DNA from: a cyanobacterium endosymbiont of Rhopalodia gibba
GTDB lineage: Bacteria; Cyanobacteriota; Cyanobacteriia; Cyanobacteriales; Microcystaceae
Direction: 5' to 3'
NCBI GenBank assembly: GCA_045159875.1
Contig: CP067995.1
Span: 1-64,000 of the forward strand
DNA length: 64,000 bases
Positions 15,085-26,165 of the stretch are shown here, one piece after another. The notes below the pieces were generated by a model. The model had not been told where the DNA came from. It searched no databases and saw nothing but the letters and a program-made list of their open reading frames with translations. Numbering within the stretch: position 1 is the first letter of the stretch; the number at the start of each line of letters is the position of its first letter. The translations under genes and the position numbers were made by a program.

Positions 15085-16767
15085 TTAACGAACACCTAAA
15101 TTGAAAAAGATAGTTGCACGGCGAATACCATTTTCTTTTCCTTGACTACTTACTGTGAGAGACTGCAGATTGTTTAGTAGAGGTTTAATAGATAATTCAA
15201 CGACTTTAACAATCGGAAATTTATGTTCTAATATTTTTTTCCCTTGACTCCAGTCTACATAAAAATAACCGTCATTTTCAGGGGATATTGCTTCAATAGC
15301 TTGTTGTAATTTACTACTATGAATTAAAGTTATTTCTGGAGTTGAAAGTGCCTGAGACATAGCTTCAATTGAAGTAGCAAAAATCACATAATCATCCACA
15401 TCTGTATGTACGCCACTAACTCTTGTTTCCAAAGAAGTTAAATTATCCTTATTTCCCGTTGATGTGTTAAGTTTTGTCCAAACAGTTACAGTATTATTTA
15501 ATAATGGTAGATCTCCCACACTATATCCCTGTTCCTGTGCTAACTTATCAAAGTCTTCTACCCACTCAGAAAAACTAACATCTGGTACTTTTTTGGCTAT
15601 AAAAATCCCATGAGGTTCACCTCTATCCAAACTAGGAATGAGAGCTAGGCTAAATTCTCCTTGAATAAACGGAAAAACTTTTTCAGAGAAATCTAATCCT
15701 AAAGGTTCTTGAACAGAGACTAAGATACGATTTAATAACTGTTGTAGGGGACTTTCGTTCGCTAGCCCTGTCTCAATTTGACTCCACAATTGATTTAAAT
15801 TGGTTCCCGCAGCTGTCAAAATGCTGTTAACAGGTACATAAGCTAATGCACCCACAGGTTTGGATAAGGCTGGAGGTTCTTCTCCTTGTTCTGATCCCCC
15901 AATTAATGCTGTTTGGGCAACTAACCCTTTAGATTTGACAGAAAAGGCGACTGTTAAAGTTTGAGTTATTTCGGGAATTTCAGGAATGGGTAAATTGCCT
16001 AACCAAGCAGATAAAGCTGGAAAATTAGCATAAACGATGCCAATGCGAGGTTCAGTAATTGTTTTTAATGCTTCTTGATAGTTAGGAGAATTTTTCAGGT
16101 TTAATGTTCTAACTTGAGCACTATTAATAGCATCTCTCAAGATTTGGATATCATTGGCAAATAACACAAAATTGTCTAGGATAGCTGTAGCAGAAAGACG
16201 AATATTAACAGGATTATCACGGTGACGTTGATAAATTAAATTGACCCCTTTATAGGATTCAAAGATCAGATCTGAGGTTCCAGAGATCGCATCTTTAGAA
16301 TAGGAACTCTGAAGAAATACTTTGGCTAACTCTTTATCTTTAGTGGTGACAGCTAATAAATAACCAGGTTGAACCCCATTGTCTGAGTTATGATCAAAGT
16401 CCAGGGAAGTTACAGCTAAGGTAATTTCTTCCCCTAACCAAGGCCGAATCTGAGTTTGATAATCGAGTCCTGTTGTGGACAAAAGTTGTTTTTCAAGGGA
16501 AAGGAATTCTTTATGCGACTTCCGCCTATTTTGAGGAAAAGAAATATACTGAGCTAAGGATTCCAGACGATCAGGATTGACAAGTAACGACACCATAACT
16601 GGAGCTTGTTTCGGGATAAAAACCGCTGTTATTGGTTCCCTGAGAATGCCTCCTGGCAAGAGCTTGAGAGGGCCTTGTCCGAAGATCCAATAGAGACTAC
16701 TACTAGCTCCAGACAAGAGTATGAAGACACTAATAGCTAGGATAATAAAGAAATAACGAAGCTTCAC
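15085..16767 (-). CDS. DUF3352 domain-containing protein (N-terminal membrane anchor)
   Basis: N-terminal hydrophobic segment, then FIPKQAPVMVSLLVNPDRL and LDYQTQIRPWLGEEITLAVTSLDFD, typical of cyanobacterial DUF3352 proteins. 560 aa. Confidence 0.8.
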   Translation of the reverse strand: MKLRYFFIILAISVFILLSGASSSLYWIFGQGPLKLLPGGILREPITAVFIPKQAPVMVSLLVNPDRLESLAQYISFPQNRRKSHKEFLSLEKQLLSTTGLDYQTQIRPWLGEEITLAVTSLDFDHNSDNGVQPGYLLAVTTKDKELAKVFLQSSYSKDAISGTSDLIFESYKGVNLIYQRHRDNPVNIRLSATAILDNFVLFANDIQILRDAINSAQVRTLNLKNSPNYQEALKTITEPRIGIVYANFPALSAWLGNLPIPEIPEITQTLTVAFSVKSKGLVAQTALIGGSEQGEEPPALSKPVGALAYVPVNSILTAAGTNLNQLWSQIETGLANESPLQQLLNRILVSVQEPLGLDFSEKVFPFIQGEFSLALIPSLDRGEPHGIFIAKKVPDVSFSEWVEDFDKLAQEQGYSVGDLPLLNNTVTVWTKLNTSTGNKDNLTSLETRVSGVHTDVDDYVIFATSIEAMSQALSTPEITLIHSSKLQQAIEAISPENDGYFYVDWSQGKKILEHKFPIVKVVELSIKPLLNNLQSLTVSSQGKENGIRRATIFFNLGVR

Positions 16768-16950
16768 AATAATTCATCGTTTGTGATTAATGACTACCTT
16801 TGATTGTAGTCGTCATTTGACGACAAAATTTTTAAGAAAACCCTAATCTTGAACGAAACATCGCAAAGTAATTTTTTTCCCTCTTTTGCTCAAAACTGTT
16901 AAGCTGGGCTATCGAACAATTTTTCAATTTTTTAGGACGACTTTGTTTAT

Positions 16951-17301
16951 ATGCCTCAAAATTTATCCATTCCTCAAATCACTGTCACAGAACTAGCTGA
17001 ACGACTAGCTCAAGCCAAAGATGAATTGCAATTGATAGATGTCCGAGAACCACATGAAGTTATAATCGCTTATATTGAAGGGTTTAAAGTGCTTTCTTTA
17101 AGTGAATTTGGGCGATGGTCAGATAAGATAGCAACAGATTTTAATCCTCATGCAGAAACCTTCGTTATTTGTCATCATGGTATGCGTTCAACTCAAATGT
17201 GCTATTGGCTACTGAATAATAGTTTTACTAATGTTAAGAATATTATTGGTGGTATTGATGCCTATGCTCTCTACGTCGATCCAACCATCCCTCATTACTA
17301 A
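16951..17301 (+). CDS. Rhodanese-like domain protein
   Basis: LIDVREPHE, ICHHGMRS, NVKNIIGGIDAY...DPTIP. Confidence 0.9.
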   Translation: MPQNLSIPQITVTELAERLAQAKDELQLIDVREPHEVIIAYIEGFKVLSLSEFGRWSDKIATDFNPHAETFVICHHGMRSTQMCYWLLNNSFTNVKNIIGGIDAYALYVDPTIPHY

Positions 17302-17653
17302 TATTTTTAAAAAATTACTATGAGCTAAACACTGTTTAAAAGATTTTTGTTTGACATTTCTTCCGGACTCAATATGATCAATAGGTAGCTGATAACTTCC
17401 AAAACTCTTGTTCTAACTTTATCCAGTGACTACAAAAACTTTTTCTTTATAGAAATTAAGTTTTTATAGACCCGTAAACTTTGTTCAAAAGACTTTCCAC
17501 TTTTTTTATAATTTTGTTTCAGTTAGTCTAAAAGAGCCTGTTTAGTAACACTATTTTAGTATAAGGGATTCTCACAGTGATTTCCTATGCTAGGAGATAT
17601 TTGCATTTGTTGATTAATATAAGTTCTTTCATTAAATTTTAGTCTTTATTATT

Positions 17654-18739
17654 ATGATTGTTAAATCCACTTTAACTAAACGTTATCAAAATATTCTACG
17701 GACAACTATCCAACATTATATTGCTACAGCTGAACCAGTAGGCTCAAAAACTTTAGTTCAAGAATACGATTTTAGTGAAAGTTCAGCTACTATTAGAAAG
17801 GCTTTAGGAAAATTAGAAAAGGCTGGTTTTCTTTATCAACCTCACACTTCTGCTGGTCGAATTCCTTCCGACTGTGGTTATCGAATCTACGTTGATAATT
17901 TAATTACACCTGACAACTACATTAGACAGAAAATTGAAAAATATTTAAACAAAAAATTACAAAAAGAGACCTTTAACTGTGAGATGTTGTTGCAAAAGTC
18001 AACTCAAATCCTGGCGAATTTTAGTGGCTATATCGCCCTAATTACACTTCCTCAAAGTTCTCTTAATCAATTACGTTATTTACAGTTAATACCTGCTTCG
18101 TCAAACCAAGTTATTCTCATAATTGTTACAGATAGTTATCAAACTCAATCTATTCTAGTTGACGTTCCTAAATCTGTCCTCAATGAGGATCTTAATGATG
18201 AGAGGTGGTTAGCACAAGAACTACAAATTATCTCTAACTTTTTAAATAGCCATTTAAAAGGTAAAAGTCTTTTGAATTTGGTAACTTTAAATTGGCGTGA
18301 TATCGACAAAAAACTTATTCATTATACCGGTTTTTTAAAAACTCTATTGCAACAGATATCAGACTATTTAAAATCATCTATTTCAACTCCAATTATAATA
18401 CATGGGCTTTCAGAAGTATTACACCAACCAGAATTTTCTCAATTAAAACAAGTACAAACTCTCCTCTATTTATTAGAAGAACAACAAGATCAACTATTAC
18501 CATTAATTTTTGAAGTTCCTGAAGTTAAATCTCTAACAACTCAACGAGTTACTATTAGAATTGGTTCAGAAAATCCCTTAGAGTCAATGCATCCTTGTAC
18601 TTTAATTTCTGCTATCTATAAGCAAAGAAATATCCCAGTAGGAAGTGTTGGCGTTATCGGTCCAACTCGTATGGTTTACGAGAATACAATTCCCTTAGTA
18701 GAATCAACAGCAGACTATTTATCTGAAGTCTTGAGTTAA
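17654..18739 (+). CDS. hrcA: Heat-inducible transcription repressor HrcA
   Basis: YIATAEPVGSK, SSATIR, LYQPHTSAGRIPS..GYR.YVD, IRIGSEN, VGVIGPTRM.Y. Confidence 0.96.
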   Translation: MIVKSTLTKRYQNILRTTIQHYIATAEPVGSKTLVQEYDFSESSATIRKALGKLEKAGFLYQPHTSAGRIPSDCGYRIYVDNLITPDNYIRQKIEKYLNKKLQKETFNCEMLLQKSTQILANFSGYIALITLPQSSLNQLRYLQLIPASSNQVILIIVTDSYQTQSILVDVPKSVLNEDLNDERWLAQELQIISNFLNSHLKGKSLLNLVTLNWRDIDKKLIHYTGFLKTLLQQISDYLKSSISTPIIIHGLSEVLHQPEFSQLKQVQTLLYLLEEQQDQLLPLIFEVPEVKSLTTQRVTIRIGSENPLESMHPCTLISAIYKQRNIPVGSVGVIGPTRMVYENTIPLVESTADYLSEVLS

Positions 18740-20530
18740 AGCATTATTATTCTAATTGTAGTCAAATAACAATAGAGCGTAGCACTAAGATATTTAATAT
18801 TTTTTCAGTAAACTATAAAATAGTCCAGAACTAAATATAATAGCATAAAATCAAAGCTCACGAAATTGTTGATAAAATATTGGTTATCAATAAGTTAAAA
18901 AAATCCATTATTAACTTTTTACTTAATTATTAGATTTATACTAAACTAACTTTAACATTGTAGAATCACTAGAAGTTGATCTAAAGGAAAAATACAATGT
19001 TAAGCATAATATTTTTAATAACTTCAAGAAAAAACCCAATTATAACATTAATTTAAGACTAAAAAAATTAATAATATTGTTTTTCCATTGAAAAACCAAA
19101 GTATTAACATAGACAAATTAACAAAAATTTTTAATTTTGATAAGCACCGATTATCTTTTTAAATTAAATGGTACTTTTTGCTGATTAAATTATCAAAAAA
19201 ATTAATAATATTATTGATAATATCGATTGGAATTATTATTCAGACAATATTTACTTTAATAAGTGGTAAGCATTTATTTTTTACCTAAACATTTTTGGAG
19301 TAGACTTAAATCTTCCTAAGAATACTTATCCAGTATTCGGAACGAAAATGCTCATATCTTACTATAGCCATTTTTGTAACAATAGATGTTAATTATTATA
19401 ATTTTATTTATTCTTGGCTTTTTTTATTTATATAAAAATATAAAAAATGTTTATAGACTTTTCGAACAATTGCTTATTTTTTTGTTATTCAATCAATTTT
19501 TTATATACATTAATATCATTTAGAATGAGAGATTATAAAATATAAGTTTTTAGCAGAAATATAGTTTTATTTAAAATAAATAGCAAATATTCTTCTATAA
19601 AATTAGTAGATAGATTGATTGAAAGTATTGTTATATAAGCCTTAATGCTTATTTTTATTCTTGAATGAATTATTTTTTAGCTATTATTTAATATATAAAT
19701 TTATCAACTTTAACTAGTAGTTCTTTAAACTTAATTTAATCCAATTTATTTGACATTTAATTTATTAATTATTATTAATAAATCGTTTATTTAGCTAATG
19801 TAATTAAATTATTTAACATTGATAATACTTATTATAGTTCATTATTTTTACTTGTCTTGAAGATAACCATAGATTGATTGACTAATTTAGCTTAAATATA
19901 TCGCGTATTTTAAATAAATTTATTTGTAAAAATAATAACTTTAAACAATACAGCATTACGGATACTAGTTCATAGTTCATAGTTTATAAGTTTTAAAACA
20001 TCTTTAATTTTACAATCTACTTTACTTAGGTATTTCGAAAATTAGTAACTACTTTATGATAAATTAAATTATTTTTTTGTTTTTCCATATTCTAAAATCG
20101 AGCTAAGAACTATTTTGATTCTTAGTTTTATTTGTTTACTATTTCTGCTGTAACAGTTGTTTGTATATAAAAATATTATACTGATATTAGTTTTAGTGTA
20201 AGAGAATTTATTAGTTATATTTTACGGTTATTTTCAAGGTTATTAAAGATTAATTGTATTTAATTTTAATCTTTTAAAGATGGAATTATCAAAATTTAAT
20301 AACTAAGAAGACAATAAATAACTATTAATATTATTAAATGATTATGAGGAGATAATTGATTGATTTATTATTCTTTAAGTCAACAGCTAGTTGCTAATAA
20401 ATTTTTTAAAAATTAGTCAATATTTGATTAAAAATTCATCAAAAAATATTATTTATTCAAGATATTTATTTTTTTTGCAATAGAGTGTAGTGATCATCTT
20501 ATTGACTTTTAACTTTCATAATATCAATAA

Positions 20531-20613
20531 CTAACTAAGTGACTAACTAAGTGACTAACTAAGTGACTAACTAAGTGACTAACTAAGTGACTAACTAAGT
20601 GACTAACTAAGTG
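20531..20613 (+). repeat. Perfect tandem array of the 12-bp unit CTAACTAAGTGA (6 full copies plus 11 bp)
   Basis: Read directly from the sequence. There are no spacers between units. Confidence 0.97.
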
Positions 20614-20649
20614 CTAGTTTTAATATTAAAACTAGCACTTAGTTAGTCA
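20600..20649. repeat. Perfect 50-bp palindrome with no loop
   Basis: TGACTAACTAAGTGCTAGTTTTAAT|ATTAAAACTAGCACTTAGTTAGTCA. Confidence 0.97.
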
Positions 20650-21033
20650 GCTTTAAGTATATATTACTTCTTGAAAGTCTAGATTTTTTTAGAAAATTAT
20701 TATTAAATTTATGAAAAATTAACTTAATTTTTTTATATTTTAAATGAAAATATCCAACTTAGAAATATCATCTTTTATATAAAAACTTGCCATATATCAA
20801 GTTTCTATATATTTGCAATTAGATAAAGATAGTTCACTCGTTCAAAACCATTGATCATTAATCTTTGGTCTTTTTTTTAAAACAAGTTTGTCAACAAAAC
20901 TTAACAAAAAAAATGTAGTTTCAATAATAATCACTTATGCTGGCTAGTAATTGCCTAATCTGTACCGGTATCATCCTGTTAAACTGACTCAGGATAATCA
21001 ATGCATGGAGAAAACTTACTAGAATAACATAAT

Positions 21034-23547
21034 ATGGATACTTTCACCCCTCAGTCAAATATTAAAGTGGAAGATGATCGCACTGGAATGAGTGCGGAAA
21101 CGCTAAAACGTGCTTTCCTAGACAATCTTTTCTACCTCCAAGGCATTGATCGCTCCAATGCCTCTTTGTATAATTATTATGTAGCTATCGCTTATACCGT
21201 CCGAGATCGCCTCCTGCATCGCTTCCTTAAAACCATAGAAACTTATAAAAAAGAAAAAGTAAAAATTGTATCTTATTTCTCGGCTGAATTCCTCATGGGT
21301 CGTCATCTAGGAAATAACCTAATCAACCTAGATATATATGATAAGATGCGTCAAATCGTCGAGGAATTAGGTCTTGATTTCGACGAAATTGTTGAGCAAG
21401 AACCAGATCCTGGACTAGGTAACGGAGGTTTAGGTCGTTTAGCTGCTTGTTTTCTTGATTCTCTGGCTTCTCTAGAAATTCCAGCTATTGGCTACGGAAT
21501 TCGTTACGAATTCGGAATTTTCCATCAAACCCTCAGAGATGGCTGGCAAGCAGAAATTCCTGATAATTGGCTACGATTTGGCAATCCTTGGGAATTACCC
21601 CATCCCACTGAGAGCGTAGAGGTTAAGTTAGGGGGCCATACCGAAATGGTTCACGATGAGGCAGGTAACATGAGAATGGTATGGATCCCAGCCCGTACTA
21701 TCCTTGCCGTTCCCTATGACACACCCGTTCCAGGGTATCAAACCAACACTGTCAACCCCCTACGTTTGTGGAAAGCAGAAGCCAGTGAAGCCTTTAATTT
21801 TGATGCCTTCAACGCCGGACAATACGACCAAGCAGTAGCCGAAAAAATGGATGCAGAGACCATTTCTAAGGTTCTATATCCTAATGATAATACTCCCGAA
21901 GGCCGACAACTCCGTTTGGCGCAGCAATACTTCTTTGTTTCTGCTTCCTTACAGGACTTAATCCGTATTCATCTAAGGACCCACAATAGCTTAGATGATT
22001 TCCATGAAAAGGTTGCAGTCCAACTGAATGATACTCACCCTGCTGTGTCCGTGGCTGAATTAATGCGGTTGTTAATGGATAAACACAATTATTCTTGGGA
22101 AAAAGCTTGGGATATAACCCAAAAAACCCTCGCTTATACTAACCATACTCTGTTACCAGAAGCCTTAGAACGCTGGCCCGCAGGATTATTTGCTAGTCTT
22201 CTCCCCCGACATCTAGAAATTATTTACGAAATCAACTATCGTTTTCTTGAAGATGTCAAAACATGGTTCCCTGGAGATGAGCAGTTAATATCTAGTCTAT
22301 CTTTGGTCGAAGAAAAGGAAGAAAAGCTAATTCGTATGGCTAATTTGGCTTGTGTTGGTTCTCATGCAATCAATGGGGTAGCAGCCTTACATACAGAACT
22401 TTTGAAAAGAGATACCCTAAAAGACTTTGCTAAACTCTGGCCTGAGAAATTCTATAATAAAACCAATGGAGTGACACCACGCCGTTGGATTTTACTATCT
22501 AACCCAGAACTAGCTACTTTGATTAATGAAAAAATTGGGGATGGTTGGCTCAAGAATTTGGATGAAATGCGCAACATAGAGGCTGTTGTTCATGATCCTG
22601 ACTTTCGTCATCGTTGGCGTGAAATTAAACAAGGCAATAAACGTAGCTTAGCAGCTTATATCCTCAAAAACAGAAATATCCAAGTTGATCCTAATTCCCT
22701 GTTTGATGTTCAAGTTAAGCGAATTCATGAGTACAAGCGGCAACATTTAATGGTTTTACATATTATTGCCCTATACAATCGCATCAAACAGAATCCTCAT
22801 ATTGATATTCTTCCTCGAACCTTCATTTTTGGGGGTAAAGCCGCCCCTGGCTACTTTTTAGCTAAGTTGGTTATTAAATTAATCAACGCCGTTGCCGAAG
22901 TTGTTAACAAAGATCCCGATGTTCGGGGCCGATTAAAAGTTGTCTTCTTGCCTAACTTTAATGTTTCTCTGGGTCAACGGATTTATCCAGCCGCTGACTT
23001 ATCTGAACAGATTTCCACTGCCGGCAAAGAAGCTTCTGGAACGGGTAACATGAAGTTTGCTATGAATGGAGCATTAACCATCGGAACTTTAGACGGAGCG
23101 AACATCGAAATTCGTGAAGCAGCTGGAGCTGAAAACTTCTTCTTGTTTGGTTTAACGGCTGAAGAAGTTTACGATCTTAAGGCTAATGGATACAACCCCA
23201 TGGATTATTATCGTAATAATGAAGAATTACAGGGTGTTATTGACCGCATTGCCAGTGGCTACTTTAGTCATGGAGATGGAGAATTATTCCAACCCATTGT
23301 TGGTCCTTTGATGTGCCATGATCCCTATATGTTGATGGCTGATTATCAGTCTTATATTGATGCTCAAGAAGCCGTTAGTTATGCTTACCGTGATCATGAA
23401 AAGTGGACAGATATGTCTATTTTAAATTCAGCGCGAATGGGTAAATTTTCTAGTGATCGCACGATCAGGGAATATTGCAAAGAAATTTGGAATGTTAATC
23501 CTGTCACTATCACAATCAAAAATTATAATCCCGCAACGTCGGGTTGA
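21034..23547 (+). CDS. glgP: Glycogen phosphorylase
   Basis: SAEFLMGR, GLGNGGLGRLAACFLDS, QLNDTHP, KTNGVTPRRW, QVKRIHEYKRQ, and the PLP site EASGTGNMKF. 837 aa. Confidence 0.98.
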   Translation: MDTFTPQSNIKVEDDRTGMSAETLKRAFLDNLFYLQGIDRSNASLYNYYVAIAYTVRDRLLHRFLKTIETYKKEKVKIVSYFSAEFLMGRHLGNNLINLDIYDKMRQIVEELGLDFDEIVEQEPDPGLGNGGLGRLAACFLDSLASLEIPAIGYGIRYEFGIFHQTLRDGWQAEIPDNWLRFGNPWELPHPTESVEVKLGGHTEMVHDEAGNMRMVWIPARTILAVPYDTPVPGYQTNTVNPLRLWKAEASEAFNFDAFNAGQYDQAVAEKMDAETISKVLYPNDNTPEGRQLRLAQQYFFVSASLQDLIRIHLRTHNSLDDFHEKVAVQLNDTHPAVSVAELMRLLMDKHNYSWEKAWDITQKTLAYTNHTLLPEALERWPAGLFASLLPRHLEIIYEINYRFLEDVKTWFPGDEQLISSLSLVEEKEEKLIRMANLACVGSHAINGVAALHTELLKRDTLKDFAKLWPEKFYNKTNGVTPRRWILLSNPELATLINEKIGDGWLKNLDEMRNIEAVVHDPDFRHRWREIKQGNKRSLAAYILKNRNIQVDPNSLFDVQVKRIHEYKRQHLMVLHIIALYNRIKQNPHIDILPRTFIFGGKAAPGYFLAKLVIKLINAVAEVVNKDPDVRGRLKVVFLPNFNVSLGQRIYPAADLSEQISTAGKEASGTGNMKFAMNGALTIGTLDGANIEIREAAGAENFFLFGLTAEEVYDLKANGYNPMDYYRNNEELQGVIDRIASGYFSHGDGELFQPIVGPLMCHDPYMLMADYQSYIDAQEAVSYAYRDHEKWTDMSILNSARMGKFSSDRTIREYCKEIWNVNPVTITIKNYNPATSG

Positions 23548-23602
23548 TTTTTCCTGAGTTAAGAATAGTCTGGGAATAGATCATTCCTTTTAAAATATAA
23601 GG

Positions 23603-23628
23603 TAAGACAAGTCTAGTCTTATTTTTTT
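23603..23628 (+). terminator. Weak intrinsic terminator candidate after glgP
   Basis: TAAGAC-aagtcta-GTCTTA followed by a T-run. Confidence 0.4.
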
Positions 23629-23749
23629 ACCTAAGTAGAAAGTAGGAAGTCACAACTGTTGACCCTACTTGCATTCGACTTCTATCCTAGATAGTTCTTA
23701 ACTGTTGAATATTAAAATCGTGGTTAACTGCAAATTGTAGAGAAAAAAA

Positions 23750-24263
23750 TCAAAAAATATCAGTCTTTCTCTTGAAAATCTGATATTTTTGTAATTTATC
23801 CAATTGAGGAGGCATGATTCTTAAAAATCTCCTCGCAAATTTATTAACTGGTGGTCCTCTTAGGGTTTTCGAAGACCTTTTGAACGTGGCGTTATTAATA
23901 AAGTTTTTCAAAGAGTTATTGAGTAAAACATGCTCGCTCTCCAAGTAATTTTTTAATTGAATTTTGTCTTAGGTTAAAAACAAGTATTACGTTTAAAGGA
24001 GTTTCGCCTCTCCTGTCATGCAGTAGCAACGATATCGAATAAAATTGTACTGAACACAGCAATGAGATAGCTTATTAAGTTAGAATAGTCTTCGGACTGT
24101 TCATTCTCGTCAAGTTGATATCTGACAAATTACGTTTCATCAAAAAGGTTTTTTCAATACTTTGTGACAATAAAGACAATGACCACAGGTACTTCTTAAT
24201 CAGAGAACTCGGAAGAGTTTGCAATTTAGTGGACTTTTTCCCCATCTTTACTATAGTTCCCAC
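23750..24263 (-). pseudogene. Probable fragmented gene of unknown function
   Basis: Higher-GC island with short minus-strand ORF fragments in shifting frames (MGKKSTKLQTL..., EVPVV...LFDET...EDYSNLISYL). Family not recognised. Confidence 0.35.
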
Positions 24264-24550
24264 AATTTAATTGCCTAGAATTAAAGGAGAATTTTGTTGA
24301 CTCAATTACTACTCATCAGCAAGATGTAAGTCTCTCGAAGGAAGGAATAGGGAGTTAAGCGACTACTGATTGATCTAATTATATAAATTGGGTTTTAAGA
24401 TCTATAATAGAAATGTTTTCTCTCAAAGAGAGTTTAAGGCTTCATAGTTTGTTCAAAATGATAAATTACTAGCCTCAGACAACAATTCGGTAAAGATTTA
24501 ATTTGCGAAATTTAGAGGTTATTAATAATGGTTACAAGCTTTATTTTTCA

Positions 24551-25942
24551 ATGAATAGTTTGAGTGTTAGTGAAATCTTACTACGTCTTTTATTAGTATT
24601 CTTACTGATTGCCATCAATGCCTTTTTTGTTACCGCCGAATTTGCCATGGTGTCGGTACGGCGGTCACGCATTAGTCAATTAGTCGAAGCTGGTGATCTT
24701 CAGGCTCAAACTGTCCAATCTCTACAACGTAGTATTGATCGTCTTCTCTCAACTACTCAATTAGGAATTACTCTTTCTAGTTTAGCTCTCGGTTGGATTG
24801 GAGAAGGAACCATGGCAGTTTTGGTCAATCCTCTTTTGAGGAATCTACCATTTTCTCCTAAACTGACCCAATCCATATCCTATAGTCTTGCTATCCCAGT
24901 TGCTTTTTTGCTAGTTGCTTATCTACAAATTGTGTTGGGAGAACTATGTCCTAAATCTGTTGCCTTGATTTATTCAGAAAAGTTAGCTCGATTTTTAGGT
25001 CCTCCCATTGGGGTAATTGCCCAAATCTTTAATCCTTTTATCTGGATTTTAAATCAATCAACTCGCTATTTATTATATAGTGTTGGGATTAAATACATGA
25101 GGGAAAGACGATACAATCAAGTGACCTCAGAAGAACTTCAATTGATTATTGCCACCGAAGGAGAATCAACTGGTTTAGAAGCGAAAGAACGAGCACTACT
25201 GAAAAATGTTTTTGAATTTGGCGAGGTAATGGCTGTTGAGGTAATGGTTCCTCGTACTCAATTAATTGCTATTTCTGAGGAAGCAACTTTTGGGGATTTA
25301 CTCGAAGAAGTCGCTATTACTGGTCATTCTCGTTATCCGGTTAAAGGAGATTCCCTTGATGATGTGTTAGGCTTTATTGATTTTAAAGATTTAGCTCCTC
25401 CGTTGGCTCAAGGAGAATTAACAAAAGAATCTTCTTTGCGTCGTTGGCTCAAACCAATTAAATTCGTCTCTGAATCCATGCCATTAGATGAATTACTATC
25501 TGTAATGCAGAGATCACAGTTAAAAATAGTGATTGTCGTGGATGAATTTGGAGGAACTTCTGGATTAATTACTCTTCAAGATTTAATTGCAGAAATTCTT
25601 GATAGTGATTTAGAAGAAACTCGGACAGAAGATATTTCTCTACAGATGTTGGATGAGCAAACATTTCTAGTGAAAGCTCAAATCAATCTCGAAGAACTTA
25701 ATAAAGTTTTAGACTTGGAGTTACCGCTAACGGATGAATATCAAACCTTGGGAGGATTCTTACTCTATCAATGGCAGAAAATTCCCTCTATAGGGGAAAC
25801 TTTATTCTATGACAATTTAGAATTTACAGTTGTCACGGTTGAACCTCCTCGTTTATTGCAAATTCGTCTCCATCGTCTAGAAGGGTCTATTACTGAAATA
25901 ATTGAAGATAAAATCGTCGATTGTCAAGAGAATAAGGAATAG
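24551..25942 (+). CDS. Hemolysin-family CNNM/CBS/CorC-HlyC protein (Mg2+/Co2+ transport-related)
   Basis: NAFFVTAEFAMVSVRRSRI, TQLGITLSSLALGWIGE, GELCPK, MVPRT, HSRYPV, VVDEFGGTSGLITLQD and a C-terminal CorC domain. ATG at 24551 is the more likely start. Confidence 0.93.
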   Translation: MNSLSVSEILLRLLLVFLLIAINAFFVTAEFAMVSVRRSRISQLVEAGDLQAQTVQSLQRSIDRLLSTTQLGITLSSLALGWIGEGTMAVLVNPLLRNLPFSPKLTQSISYSLAIPVAFLLVAYLQIVLGELCPKSVALIYSEKLARFLGPPIGVIAQIFNPFIWILNQSTRYLLYSVGIKYMRERRYNQVTSEELQLIIATEGESTGLEAKERALLKNVFEFGEVMAVEVMVPRTQLIAISEEATFGDLLEEVAITGHSRYPVKGDSLDDVLGFIDFKDLAPPLAQGELTKESSLRRWLKPIKFVSESMPLDELLSVMQRSQLKIVIVVDEFGGTSGLITLQDLIAEILDSDLEETRTEDISLQMLDEQTFLVKAQINLEELNKVLDLELPLTDEYQTLGGFLLYQWQKIPSIGETLFYDNLEFTVVTVEPPRLLQIRLHRLEGSITEIIEDKIVDCQENKE

Positions 25943-26165
25943 ATACGAATTGGCTAAATTATATTGATTAATCCAAATTATTCCCAAGTGACGGTTACTC
26001 GTCTCTTCTTGAGAATTAAACTTAAGAAGTCCCCAAAATAGACCCTAACAGTTTTTGAGTCTCTACTGAAATGGGCTTACAATGACCCTTGGGTATATCC
26101 CCTTCTTTTACTTTTAGTTTTCTTTCAGCTTCAACAGTCGTTTCTTGAACTGCTTGAGCCAGTTT

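Noticed and set aside
20531..20613. Possible CRISPR array
   Set aside because: The 12-bp units are directly adjacent with no unique spacers, and no cas genes are present in the window.
20609..20640. CIRCE-like half-sites (AAGTGCTAG / CTAGCACTT) near hrcA
   Set aside because: The half-sites are in everted order with the wrong spacing relative to TTAGCACTC-N9-GAGTGCTAA, and lie far from any chaperone gene.
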